64,000 bases of DNA from Octopus sinensis (GCF_006345805.1 NC_042997.1:202678001-202742000), one strand, 5' to 3'. Shown: positions 1-12,939, numbered from the stretch's first letter. Translations and numbers: made by a program. The notes: generated from the letters alone by a model not told the origin.

Positions 1-376
1 CCACTTTTCCATGCTTGCATGGGTTTGATGAAACTCATTGAAGCAGATTTTCTACAGTTGGATGTTCTTATCATGAAACCTCACCTGTTCCAAGCAAGGT
101 AATATTTTCCCTCGTCCTTTGAACATGAACAATAGCAAGTCATGTTTCATGGAAGATTGCAGACAAATAACACCATTTCCCCAAGGTGTGGATGGTTCTA
201 TGACCAGTAGTTTTGTTTATAGTGTACAAATATCAAGACCTTGGGACACAAACACAGACATAGACACACATACATACATTCACACACACACACCTGGCTT
301 TTTGTTTTATATTTAACATACTCTCTCATAAGGCATTGGTCAACTCTTGGCAGTTACCCTAGCTGCAATACAGTAG

Positions 377-590
377 TTATTTCTTTACTACCCACAAGGG
401 GACAAACAAGGACAGACAAATGGATTAAATCGATTACATCGACCCCAGTGCGTAACTGGTACTTATTTAATCGACCCCGAAAGGATGAAAGGCAAAGTCG
501 ACCTCGGCGGAATTTGAACTCAGAACGTAACGGCAGACGAAATACGGCTACGCATTTCGCCCGGCGTGCTAACGTTTCTGCCAGCTTGCC
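377..590 (-). mobile_element. tRNA-derived SINE (family with GTCGACTTTGCCTTTCATCC core), well preserved copy
   Basis: Close copy at 43779-44005; eroded copies near 28.1-28.5, 29.9-30.6, 31.1-31.3 and 34.5-34.7 kb. Confidence 0.75.
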
Positions 591-802
591 ACCTTGCACG
601 CAGAGCCATGTGGCTGTAAAGCAAGCCTCTTGGCCACACAGCCTTGCCTTATGTCAGTTGTTGCTGCTACAAAATAATTATGAAGTAAAATTGATTCTAT
701 CATGATATCATATTTTCTGAATTTTTATCTATAAATAATCTGTCTTTCATTTTGATCTGTTTCTGTTTCATTCAACTTTTTTCCCTCCTTTCTCATTCTT
801 AG

Positions 803-913
803 GGCACAAATGAGCAGGCTTGTTTGCGTCTATTCTTGGACTATCATGGCCTACCTTTACTGTGGAGCTGGATGGCTGATATTGGTGATGGGGCTCCCTA
901 TTTAAAATTACAG
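803..913 (+). CDS. SETD2: SETD2 exon, phase 0-0 (GTNEQACLRLFLDYHGLPLLWSWMADIGDGAPYLKLQ)
   Basis: ttcttag acceptor, cag|gtatta donor; resembles human SCLKSFLERHGLSLLWIWMAELGDG (from recall). Confidence 0.93.
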
Positions 914-1009
914 GTATTATTTGCTGTTTATAGCTATAAATATATTTTTATATGTAATGGGTTCTAATAAGCATTGCAATAATATGAAACCCTTTTATTT
1001 CTTTTGTAG

Positions 1010-1726
1010 ATCTTGGACACTTTGAAGATGCTTCCCATAACTAACAAGACAATTCTGCAAGAAAGTAAAATTTTACCTATGGTTTTAAAATGGGCTACTG
1101 AACTTAAATTGACGGCAGATCCCGAAATTGAAACAGAACAAAGCAATGATAATTCGTCACAAGCTGGCACTCCTTCATCAGTGGCAAGTCGAGATGAACG
1201 ACCACCGAAGAAGAAGGTTAAATTTGCTGACGAAACTAGTTCGGACAGTGAAATGTCAGAGTGTAGCCGGTTGAGCGGCATGATATATGTCAATGAACCT
1301 ACAACTAAAAATGGACTGAATGAAGTTGCCGACAGCTCTGATATGACATATACAGATTATTCTACCCCAGGAGGAAATTTGTACATAGACGATTTAGATG
1401 AAACCAGATCTTCTAAATCACCTTCTAGTGGAGTGCCTAAAAGTGGAATTCTTATTAAACCAGAACTGCAAAAAGAGTTATCAAGTGAATCTTCCTCTTC
1501 ACCTGTTGTTGACGACAAAATCCAGTCTAATGAGGCTGAATCTTCCTCTCCAGATATACTTGAGAAATCAACGAAAGAAAAGTCAGAAGACGATACTTTA
1601 ACAAAAGACGATGACAGCAGCAATGAGGTCAAGGTAGCAGCGGACGAGAAGAACTTTGATTCAAGCAAGTTGTCATCAGTGGTTTCTCTCGCCACTGACC
1701 TACTCAAGCACTGGAGTGATTTAAAG
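1010..1726 (+). CDS. SETD2: SETD2 exon, 239 aa (ILDTLKMLPITNK...LKHWSDLK)
   Basis: ORF 1013-1738, ttttgtag acceptor, aag|gtaaca donor; both ends match conserved SETD2 motifs. Confidence 0.95.
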
Positions 1727-3257
1727 GTAACACTTTAAGTAAACATTTAAAAGAACTTGTTTTAATGTTACATCACAGGCATGGTTGTTTGGAGAAATAG
1801 ACATGGCTGTAGGCTGTATGGTTAAAAAGTTTGCTTCCTGACTAGTACATTGGGCAAGTGACTTCTACCACAACCTTGGGCCAATCAAAGCTTTGTCTGA
1901 AACTGAAAGAAGCCTATTGTGTATAGTTGTGTGTGCGTGTGTGTGCATGCACCTGTATATGTGTGTTGACGTTTGCACTCTATAAAAGTAGCTGACTGTG
2001 AGCAATTTTGTTGTTGCTTCTTTCAACTAATTGTCCACTCACTTCATTCCTATGAAGATGTATGAAACAGGAGGTCCTTTATTTGAAAAACAGATAAAGG
2101 TTGGCAACAGGAGGACAGCCAGCTAAAAGGATACTGATCTAACCCATGAAATGGGGGGAAATTGAGAATAGAAACAAACGAAGTTCAGTGGCTAAAAGGT
2201 ACTATGTAAACAGATTATTCTTATTAAGGAAAAAAACCCAAGGTGATGAGCTGGAGGAATTGTTAGCATATTAAACAAACTGTTTGGCAGCCTTTCTTCC
2301 ACCTCTTTCTATTCTATGTTCAGATGCCACCAAGGTCAACTTTGCTTTTCATCCCCTTGGGATCAATAAAAGAAGTACTAGTTCAGTACTTGGGTTGGTG
2401 TAATCGGCTAGCCCCTCCCCTGAAATTTCAGGCCTTATGCCTATAGTAGAAATAATTGTTAATAATAAATGTATTGTGTGTGTGTGTGTGAATGTCTGTA
2501 ATCTATAAATGAACTTGTATGTATAGGAGATCCATCCTGTAACATTCTGAAAGAAGCTCATGTACTCCGTTGCTTGTGCTATTAACTTCTACATCAAGCT
2601 AACAAAAGAGCATCTTTGTAGGTGCGTAATTTGCTAAAGAATAGCAGCTGAGTTCCCTTGAAACCACACCTTGCAAGTTTAAAATAAGAAGGACACATCA
2701 AATAATGTAGCCCTAGATACATTGAATTGAAAATAAAATGGGGCTAATCATTGCAGGGTTTCTTTGATCAGGGCCGACCTTGACCAAACAGACTTCTGTA
2801 TCATCATTTCACAATCTATGCCCCATGCTGATAAAGAAACTTATGCATTTTCTTTATATGTGCATAATGTTTGGAACTGAAGGCAACTTGTTTTTGAAAA
2901 GCAACAATTATTTTTACTAATTAGGTGTAGGAGAGTAGTTTGTTTATTTAGTCACTGGACTTATGTTAGTAAGTCAAATGTGTTTGTACACATGTACATA
3001 GTTGTGTGTGTGTTGAATTATTTTTGAAGCTGAAAATATTTATTCAGGGGTTTTGAGTTTTGTGTTTAACACTTTATAAGCATTTGAAATGTGGTGCACA
3101 CAAGGCTCAAGGCTTTGAGCCACACCTGGGGTGTTCCCAGCTTCAAAAATAATAAATCATTTAAACTCCGTGTTGTGAGCTATTTTTTTTTTTTTTGTTG
3201 TAAACCCATACACACCCACACAAAAATACTTAATGTCTTTTTGTTTTTTTTTAACAG

Positions 3258-3320
3258 GAAGTTTTCAAAATCCCAAAAAAGAAAAGGTTGAAGAGCGGAA
3301 AAGAACAGAAAGAGAATTAG
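3258..3320 (+). CDS. SETD2: SETD2 exon with apparent 1-nt deletion (EVFKIPKK / EKVEERKRTEREL)
   Basis: ttaacag acceptor; EVFKIPKK continues the conserved LKEVYRIPKK motif; AG|GCAAGT donor; frame is only maintained with A7 instead of A6 at 3275-3280. Confidence 0.8.
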   Translation, partial: EVFKIPKKKRLKSGKEQKEN

Positions 3321-3580
3321 GCAAGTTTATAACTTGTAATTGTAATTAAACTGATTGCTTCTCAGCAAATATTCAACTTTTTTATTTTCTATTTTAAATA
3401 CATATATCTTTTGTATTCAAAACTGTAATTGTTTTTTTCCTTCCTTCAAACAAGTAAATTATTATTTTATATATATATATATATATATTGAAGCTATATT
3501 TCCGAAATTATGTTTAAAATTGAGCGTGGAGTTTGTTTTTGCATTGCTTTATCATGTTGATATTTTTATATTTTTTACAG

Positions 3581-3698
3581 AAAGAGATCGTAAGCGTAGA
3601 TATGAGGCATCACCTGATAAAAATCATAATCGATTTAGAACACGCTCAGATCGAAGGCGGGATGATGTTCAAGAATTGCTCAATCCCAATAGGCCTAG
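3581..3698 (+). CDS. SETD2: SETD2 exon, phase 1-2 (ERDRKRRYEASPDK...NPNRP)
   Basis: ttttttacag acceptor, ag|gtattt donor, phase compatible with the next exon. Confidence 0.85.
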
Positions 3699-4012
3699 GT
3701 ATTTTGTTTTATTTCTTGTATTCAATTTAATGTCATTTGTAGTATGAGCCTTTAAATCTGGGATGGGTGTCGAATTGTGAAATTTAATTCACAGGGAATT
3801 TTATTTCTGTAATAATCATCTAATTTTGGCACAAGGCCAGCAGTTGTGTGGGGAGCTGCAGATCTATTACATTGACTTCAGTACTTTACTGATAGTTTAT
3901 TTTATCAGCCCCAAAAACATAAATGCTAAGTTTATCTTCATGGGTTTTGAACTCAGAAGAAATGCTGCTATGCATTTTGTCCAATGCACTACTGATTCTG
4001 CCAGATCACCAC

Positions 4013-4067
<55 letters not shown>

Positions 4068-5272
4068 GAAGTAGTAGTAGTAATAATAATAATAATAATT
4101 TCCACTATAGGTATAAGGCCTGAAATTTGGGTAAGTGGGACTAGCTGATTATATTGACCCCCAACACCTGACAGTGATAACAAATGATGTGCATGGTACA
4201 TGGGATGAAAAGACAAAAAAGTGAACTGTAAAAGATCCATAAAGATGAAAGAATGCCTAAGGCAAATTACAGATTAAATAATCACAGAACTTAGAATAAA
4301 ACTATCAGTTATTGCAAAGAAATAATGAATTATATTTTCAGGAACGAAAAAATATTAATAATAAGAAAAACATGACTATAAAAAACACCAGTTTGTTTTG
4401 AAATACTTTAAATCAAAATATGTTGTGAGGCAAAGAATTATTGTGTATATTGCAAACAACTCTTATAATTAATTTTAGTTGAAATATTAAATCTCAATAT
4501 TATTGCAATATAGTTTTTTAAATATTTTGTTTTTGTGAGGTAATTATATGTTTATTGGTAATAATCTATAGATGAAATTAATGAATCTGTGAAATACAAA
4601 TTTTATCTTCTATTGCTGAGTATAAGCTTAAGTGTGGCTGTGTGGTTAATAAGCTTCCCACCCATGTGGTTTCAGGTTCAGTCCCAATCTGTAGCAGTTG
4701 CTTTCTACTGTAGCACCACAGTGTTATCTCCTGCTTCATGTTTAAGTCACTTTAGCCATTGGCTTGCCTATCCTTGAACTGACACTAGTTCACTTCCACT
4801 CCCCTTAAATGGGTATTGTAGAGGCAAAGGTAGTTCACTGCTATGAGCAGCAAAGACAAAGCAGGCACAATGTTTTGTTAATGTTTAACCCTTATTTCCA
4901 ATGCATCCATGGCCAGAAAAAAGGCAATGGGAAATCTATTCAGTGTGTTTCTACCTATGGAATCTTCACATCTTGATAGTTCTTCAATGGATCACCAAAT
5001 AATTCATTGAGTTACAATGTTAATGTCTTTCTTTAATGTTGTCAGATGTTGAAGCTACATATTAAAGAACACGCACACATGTACTTAATTCTAATACTAT
5101 TATAATAATTGTTAATATAAATATGAATAGTTATGATGTCTTTCTCGTATTTTTTATCTCAAATGTATTTATTGTTTGTTTTTATGTTTTATATATGCCT
5201 TGTTTCTTTCATGCAATTCATTTAAGTGTTATATTTTGCATTTTACATATATAGAATTTATGGTTTCAACAG

Positions 5273-6048
5273 GCGTGTTCTGCTACCTACACCGCCCAAG
5301 CTGAGCAAAGAAGAACGGCGCCAACAGTTTGAGGCCCAAGTAAGAGCAGAAGATGAACGTGCAGAATTTCAAAAGCAACAAGAAGCAGCTTACATTCAAC
5401 AACAACAAGAATATATGCAACAATACAATATTTCTGGGGAAGGCAATGGCTATGATTACTATGCACAGCATGACCCAAATATTGCTTACCAACAAGATCC
5501 AAACATGGTTTACCAGCATGATCCGAATGTAGCATATACACAAGATCCTTCAGCAGTGGTAGCTTACCAAGCAGACCCAGTGACTGGAATGTTTCCAAAT
5601 CCTGCTACATACCCACAAGATCCAAATGCTCAGTATCAAGACCCCAACAGTGTTTACCATCTATCCAATTATCTCATACCACCCCCTACAGATCCAGCTG
5701 CCTATGCAGTGTCAACAGCTGATCCAGCTGTATACCCAGTGCCACCCCCAACAGATCCTAATGCTTATCAAATACACCCAACTGACCCAAATGCTTATCA
5801 AATACAACCACCTGATGCAAATGCTTATTCTGTAACCCCTACGGACCCAAATGCATACCAGGTCCCTGCACCTGAACAAACGACTTTCCAAACCACCACA
5901 GAACAGACTAGTTATCAGACTGAAAGCAACAACTATCAGATATCTGTTCCACCACCTGTTACGCCTGTACCTGCTGAGCCTAGTTATCCAAAACCAAGTG
6001 TAGCAGTAACAGCTGCTACTTCACCAGCAGTTACTCAACAACCATCAG
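5273..6048 (+). CDS. SETD2: SETD2 exon with KLSKEERRQQFE motif and DPNxxY repeat
   Basis: ORF 5226-6179, tttcaacag acceptor, cag|gtaaga donor, phase 2-1. Confidence 0.93.
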
Positions 6049-6195
6049 GTAAGAAAATATGTACACTTACAAATACTCACTCCAACATGCACACGTATTC
6101 ACATATATACACGGACATGGCAGAAGTAAATAGACACCTTTATAATCAAAATTTATTTAAATCTGAAATTATACATTGAAATTATTTATTAATTC

Positions 6196-7087
6196 TTAAA
6201 TTATAATGCCCTTTGCATTTTTCAATGCAAGGACCCCATTAGGTATGTTACTGATCAGATGACAAATATTCTCTCGCGGAATTTCTTGCCAAGTTTCATG
6301 TAGTAATCTCAAAAGATCTGGCTTTGAAGATGCTTTCTTGTTCTTTTTATGAAGTGTCCTGTCCATTATGTCCCAGAGGTGTTCAATAGGGTTCATATCT
6401 GGTGACTGGCTTGGCCATGGAAGCTTTTTAATGCCATTCTCATCCAACAAATCTTGGGTCATTTTAACCGTGAATAAATAAAGAGTCTTTAATCATTTCA
6501 CCTCTGGAGAAGATTGGAAGGGGTCCTTTCTGCAATATGGACACATATTTATCTTGAGTTTGTTTCCCTCACTCTCCACCAGCTCTGATCAATCATTGTT
6601 CCCCAGACCATCACAGAGTAGCTGTTGTGTTGCATTTTTGGCTGCAATCTTTTCACACCAAATTCTTGATTACAGAGTCTCCAGACCCACAATCGACCAC
6701 TGTTAGGAAATACAGTAAATCTGGACTCATTAGAGACTATGACAGTGTCCAAAAATGCTAACGACCCCTCCACCATCTCACTGGCCCAATCTTTTCTGGG
6801 ACTGACATCAACTTGTTCTGCTATGTCAAGCCTTGCAACAAGAATTATCCTCCACACTTCTCTTAACAAAGAGAAGGGTCCTGTCAGAGGGCCCTGGTTG
6901 ATCTGGGCGAGGTGATGTGGACTCCTTCTTCTCTCTGGTGAATTACACAATCATTCTGTTAACTGTTGAAAGCGGGATCCCAAGGTTTTCTGCGATTTTA
7001 CACTGACTATGTCCACCTTCAGAATGACCCACAATACGGCCTCTTTTGAAATTCAGACAGTTCCAAGGATTCTTTTGAACATGGCAT
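6196..7087 (-). mobile_element. Degenerate Tc1 (DD34E-type) transposase in a SETD2 intron
   Basis: N-terminal ELSEF..RGRIVG...[14 protein letters not shown] helix-turn-helix, SNESRF, VMVWG and WPSQSPDMNPIEHLW motifs; frameshifts, and the second-Asp region is deleted. Confidence 0.9.
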
Positions 7088-8245
7088 GATTAAACAGTCA
7101 CATATAGAACTTGAAACATAAAAATGTCAATTAATAAAAAATATAAAATCATTACAAGTTAGAATCAGCATAAAATAATGATGTTTTATGGAGTTAATAA
7201 AAATAAAATCAATCTAGAGTAGTGGATTGGAAGTACTATAAGAATGTCAGATGAGATGGCTTGCAGTATTTTCTTCCAGGCCTTTGCATTCTGAGTTCAA
7301 ATCCTGTCATACCTACTTGGGTGGTAGACTACACCCATCACCCACTTTCATCCCACTGTCTGACACCTTTAGTGTCTTTACTGGAATTATTTCTGTCACA
7401 AGCATCCAGACTTGGTTTCAATTTTGAAGATAGCTTCTTCCTTTCCTTCCACTGGCTTCAAAGGCTCTGCATAAAGTCATGATCACTGCCCTTCCGCCAC
7501 CATCATTAGAGGACTGTGTTGTGCTCCACTGTCTACTTTGGTTGGATTTCTATGGCAGGATGCCCTTCTTAATGTCAACCACTTTAGAGAGAGTGTTGGG
7601 TAGACTTTTTCTCTTTTTTTGTGGCACCAGCACTTGTGAGGTTGCCAATGCAGCTTGCAAGACAAGACTCCTCAGCTGAGTCTTGGTGCAGCATTGAGAG
7701 TGGTGGCTTTGTGCCAGGTGTTGAGATACTCAATTATGATGGTTTCCCTCTGCACATGGTGACGATCAAAAGTGTGTGTGTGTGTCCCCATCATCATTGT
7801 TTAATGTTCCTTTTCCATGCTGGCATGGGTTGGACAGTTTGATAGGAGCTGTCCAGATTCCAATTGTCTGCTTTGGCATGGCTTCTACAGCTGGATGCCC
7901 TTCCTAATGCCAACCACTTCACAGAGTGTGCTGGATGCTTTTTATGTGGCACTGGCACCGGCAAGACAGACCTCTCAGCTGGGAGAGGGAGTGGCAGCAT
8001 GGCCATGAAGGACATGTCTGTGTGTGTGTATATATTATAAACACATTTTCTTTCTAGAATTTAAATACTGAATCTTTCGTTGAACTCTTGTTTTTGAATT
8101 TAATTGTATTAAGATAGTATATAGTGTCTACATTGTCTTACAGTTTAAGCTACACTCTATAAATGAAATAAACGGATAACTTTGGTGTTAAATACACATA
8201 TATTTATAAAATTAAATGAAATGTTGAAATATTGTTAAATTTCAG

Positions 8246-8421
8246 TTGCAGAAGCTCTTTCAGAACATTGCTTTATGCCAGCACCAAGTGTACCAGTTGT
8301 ACTTGAAACAGGCACCCCTCAGACAACACCTAATCATAGTGTTCTACCAACAATGACACCAACATATATAGAACCTGGGAGCTCTGTACCCACTTTGTAT
8401 TCTAATACACCTGCTTTTTCT
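8246..8421 (+). CDS. SETD2: SETD2 exon, P/T-rich (VAEALSEHCFMPAPSVP...NTPAFS)
   Basis: tttcag acceptor, ct|gtaagt donor, phase 1-0 fits both neighbours. Confidence 0.85.
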
Positions 8422-9240
8422 GTAAGTTTATATCCTAAATTTCCTGTTTTTATTATTTATAGTTTTTATTCTTTTAATACTATGCTGATAAATGTTTACA
8501 TATTCACAATTAATGAATTGTCTTTTTCTTCTATGTTACAACAATACAATTGTTATATAAGCAAATAGAATTTATTGAATGAAAGTATTATGCTGCAAAG
8601 ACTTCATGTTAAGTATCATGTCTGGTTTCCACGTCAAAAGTAATGTAATTGGGGCTTTTAAGAAAGAAAATTATGATATCCATTTATGTTTTACTTAATT
8701 AATTCCAGAGAAACTTGTGTTGTTTTATAGTAAACTTTCCAGGTTAAAGGAAAATTTGGGTTTTGCAGTTTTGTTGTTGTGAATTTTCTGTAGAATTGAA
8801 AGTGGGTTTACTGTAAATATAAAACTTGTATTCTATGAGTAGAGCTGCAGGCTGGCTCTATAACTAAGAAGTTTATTTCCCAACCACATTGGTTCAGTTT
8901 CTATCTCCCTCCATGGCACCTTCGGCTAACCAAAACCTTGTGAGTAGATTTTGTTGATGGAAACTGAAAGAAGCCTGTTGTGCCTGTGTTTGTGTCCTTC
9001 TGGTAATTGTAAATTAGTATCCCTGTTAGAGTGTCCTTCATTTCCAATCTTCTGTGAAAACATGTCTGTCTATGGAGAAATATTACCACCTTGGTTGGCA
9101 ACAGAAAGGGCATCAGGCTGTAGAAAAATCTGCCTCAGTAAACACCAGCAGCCCCATACCAGCATGAGAAAGTGGATGTTAAAATGACATTGATAACATT
9201 GATGATAATACATTGTTGAATTATTTCCGTTAGCATAAAC

Positions 9241-10083
9241 CAGTGGTTCTCAGCTGGGGTACATATGGTCTCTGGAATTCTATGTGACCTGGGTGTCCAC
9301 TTAAGAAAAATAGTAAATTGGGTCCACATTATCATCATTGTTTAATGTCTGTTTTCCATGCTGGACGGTTTGACTGAAGTCTGGAGAGCCAGTGGCTGTA
9401 CCAGGCTCCAATCTGAACTGGCAATGTTTCTACGGCTGGATGCCCTTCCTAATGCCAACTACTCCGAGAATGTAGTGGTTGCTTTTTACATGTCACTGGC
9501 ACAGGAGCCAGTCAGGCGGACCTGGCATTCATCACGTTCGGCTGGTGCTTTTTAGATGCCACTGGCAGAAGGGCCAGTCAGCAGGTACTGGCATCAGCCA
9601 CAATTGGTTGGTGCTTTTTACGTGCCACCGGCACATGAGCTGGTCAGGTGGACATGGTATCAACCACATTCAGATGGTGCTTTTTACGTGCCATTGGCCA
9701 CTTTCAGTTGGTGCTTTTTTATGTGCCACCGGCATGGGGGCCAGTCAGGCGGACCTGGCATCGACCACGTTCAGATGATGCTTTTTATGGGCCACTGGCA
9801 TGGGAGCCAGTTGGGGCACTGGCCACAGCTACGATATTGGTTTTACTTGACAGGGTCAATGATTTTAAGGGCTGTAGGTGTATTTTTTGTAAGAAACATT
9901 AGGTTTCTTTCTCTGATGTTTTACGGCGTCCAAACTGTGCAAGTGAATATGTAAATAGCAAAATAGGAATTTTGGAAGAAGTATCTATAAACTTAGCTTT
10001 TACACATCAAATGACTATGGGGTCCATCAGAATAAAATAGTAATCAAAGGGATCCATAGATGAAAAATAGTTAAGAACTGTTG
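9241..10083. mobile_element. hAT-type MITE interrupted by an RTE 3' tail (about 9330-9850)
   Basis: CAGTGGTTCTCA left TIR, eroded right TIR, 8-bp TSD gcataaac/gtctaaac. Confidence 0.7.
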
Positions 10084-10190
10084 GTCTAAACACAGATACC
10101 CATCATAATTAGACCATGATTATCTGATTTTCTTCCATGAACTACTCTACTAAAACAAATACTTAATATACATCTTTTCTTTCTCTTCAG

Positions 10191-10559
10191 GTTCAATCCA
10201 AGTACATGACTACACCTCAAACAAGTCAGACGACATCCTACCCACAAACAACACCTCCTCAATCCAGCACTCTACCTCAGCTACCCCCTCAGCCTCCGCA
10301 GCTGCCTGCAGCTTCTCTTGTTAATGTTCCTCCTCCGACTCCATCATCAACTCCGCAGACACCATTATTTGTGCAAGGCCAACAAGGCCAGCCGCCACAA
10401 CAGCCACCAGCAGCACCTCCTCAGGTTTTCTATCCTCCAACACCACAAGCACTGGTTGTACCTCCTCCACAGCATTTCTCTCAGCCCCAGGCCTCAACTC
10501 CAGCCGTTGCTAGCTCACAAGTTGTACAAATTAACCAAGGATTGTTTGCTTGTCAACAG
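10191..10559 (+). CDS. SETD2: SETD2 exon, P/Q-rich, symmetric phase 0-0
   Basis: ttctcttcag acceptor, cag|gtaaat donor, ORF 10206-10589. Confidence 0.9.
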
Positions 10560-11696
10560 GTAAATTGCTTTAGATTACATTGTGGTTAGGAAGACAATAT
10601 TGTAGTTCCCCCTTTTTTTTTTTTTTTTTTTAAATCTGAACAGCTGCAAACATGGTTGTGTGGTTTGTGCAAAGTTCACTTTGCAACCATGCAGTTTCAG
10701 GTTCAGTCCCACTGCATGGCTCCTTGGGTGTGTGTCTTCTACTACAGCCCTTGGCCAACCGGTGCTTTTTGAGTGGAAGCTCAGCATATGTATGTATGTT
10801 TCAGTTTGTTTAAATCCCTGTAACTTAATGGCTCTGCAAACAGAGACCAGTTTAATAAGTAGCAGACTTAAAGATAATGATGGAGGTTGATTTGATCAGG
10901 TAAAACCCATCAAGGTTGTGCCTCAGTATGGTCTTAGTTCAGTGACTGAAACAAATGAAAGAAAAATGTTCAAAATTTTGCTAATGCTATACCTTTGCTG
11001 GCGCCACATAAAAAACACCCAGTACACTCTAAAGTGGCTGGCATTAAGAAGGGCATCCATCTGTAGAGTCTACACGAAAACAGACAATTGGAGCCTGGTG
11101 CAACCCTTCATCTGGCCAGCTCCTGTCAAACCATCCAACCCATGTCAGCATGGAAAAGGACTTCAAATAATGATGATTACAAACAGTGACATTTTGATAT
11201 TTTAAACGTGAATTTAGTGGAGTGCTAAGAGTACCATACGAGTGAGATCGTTGCCAGAGCAACAATATGGCCTTCGTGCCGATGGCACGTTAAACACACA
11301 ATTCGAGTGTGATCGTTACCGCGTCGCCTTACTAGCACTTGTGCTGGTGGCATGTGAAATATTCGGGCAAGGTCGTCGTCAGTGCCACTGGACTGGCTCC
11401 TGTGCAGGTGACACATAAAAAGCACCATTTGAGCGTGGCCGTTACCAGTACCACCAAACTGGCCCTCATGCCAGTGGCACGTAAAAACACCCACTACACT
11501 CTCGGAGTGGTTCACGTTAGGAAGGGCATCCAGCTGTAGAAACTCTGCCAGATCAGATTGGAGTTTGGTTCGCCAGACCTCAGTCAAATCGTCCAACCCA
11601 TGCTAGCATGGAAAGCAGACATTAAATGATGAATTTCTAAATTCTCACCACTTGTTTTCACTTTGTTTCACCTCAATTCAAACTGTCCTCTTCCAG

Positions 11697-11887
11697 GTTG
11701 ACCAATTACAACAGCTACAAATGCAAAACATTGTTTTACCATCAACAACTTCAACTAATGCAGCAACCGATGACGAACCTCCTCCACCACCCTCACCTCC
11801 AAAGCCAAAAGTTACCAAGCTTCCAGCCAACTGGAAGATAGCTAAAGATGCTGAAGGAAAACAGTATTATTATCATACCCTAACGAG
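11697..11887 (+). CDS. SETD2: SETD2 exon, PPPSPPKPK and first part of WW domain (LPANWKIAKDAEGKQYYYHTLTR)
   Basis: WW signature; ttccag acceptor; ag|gtgatt donor, phase 2. Confidence 0.95.
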
Positions 11888-12939
11888 GTGATTAAAATTC
11901 ATTGCTCTTTTTAATGTTTGTTTTTCCTCTTTCTAAATTATACATTTTTTTAGTGGTAGCATATGTTGCAAATTGCCTGCAAATTAACATATATATTTTC
12001 TTGTTAACTAAACTGATGTAAATAATGTTGACACAGCTTATTTTGGTGGTAATTCTAGAATAATGTTGTTCTATGTGTTTTGGTCTTTTATTTAAAACTG
12101 CCATATCTGGACTAAATATTCCACCCGCTTAATGTTCAAACTGGCCCACTCTGACCCCTCACACCTACTCTACAATGTCATTCTAAAAATTAATATGGTT
12201 TGAAGGAGATTTGGCTGCTATTTCTGGCAGCTCTACATAATGGAGACTATTGGAAACAGGTGGTGTAAAAACAGAAATCCAAATTTAACCTTGTTTGTTC
12301 AATTTTTTTATATCTCTCAATAGAAAATTTATTCAGTTTGAATAAAGAAACCAAAAATGAAAGAAAAAAATTTAGAGCAGTAATCCTAGTTATGATTTAG
12401 TTTCGGTGGCCATAAATAAATATATATATATATATTATATATATATTATATATATATATATATACCACATGACTTTACACATCACATCACATATGATGTG
12501 CCATACTAATACACACACCAACTAATACATACTAACACGTACTAATACATACTAGTACATACTAATACTTACACCAACCCTATACATACACACGTCCAGA
12601 CCCCGCATACGCACTTATACTCTCTCACACACACACACACCTATACATACCAATACGTACTAATACATACTAATACATACACCAACCCCATACATACGCA
12701 CGTCCAGACCAATCCTACGCACTAATACTCTCTCATACACACACACACACACACACACACCCTTATACATACTAATACATACACCAACCCTATACATACA
12801 CACATCCAGACCCCTCCCACGCACTTTTAGCTGGTCCCTCAACCCTTTTATCAACCCTATTATCTCCCCTTATTTCGCTCTCGCGTCTCATGTTTGATCT
12901 TTGACCTCTGGCCGAAATCAGATCGCCATGTTGATTCGT

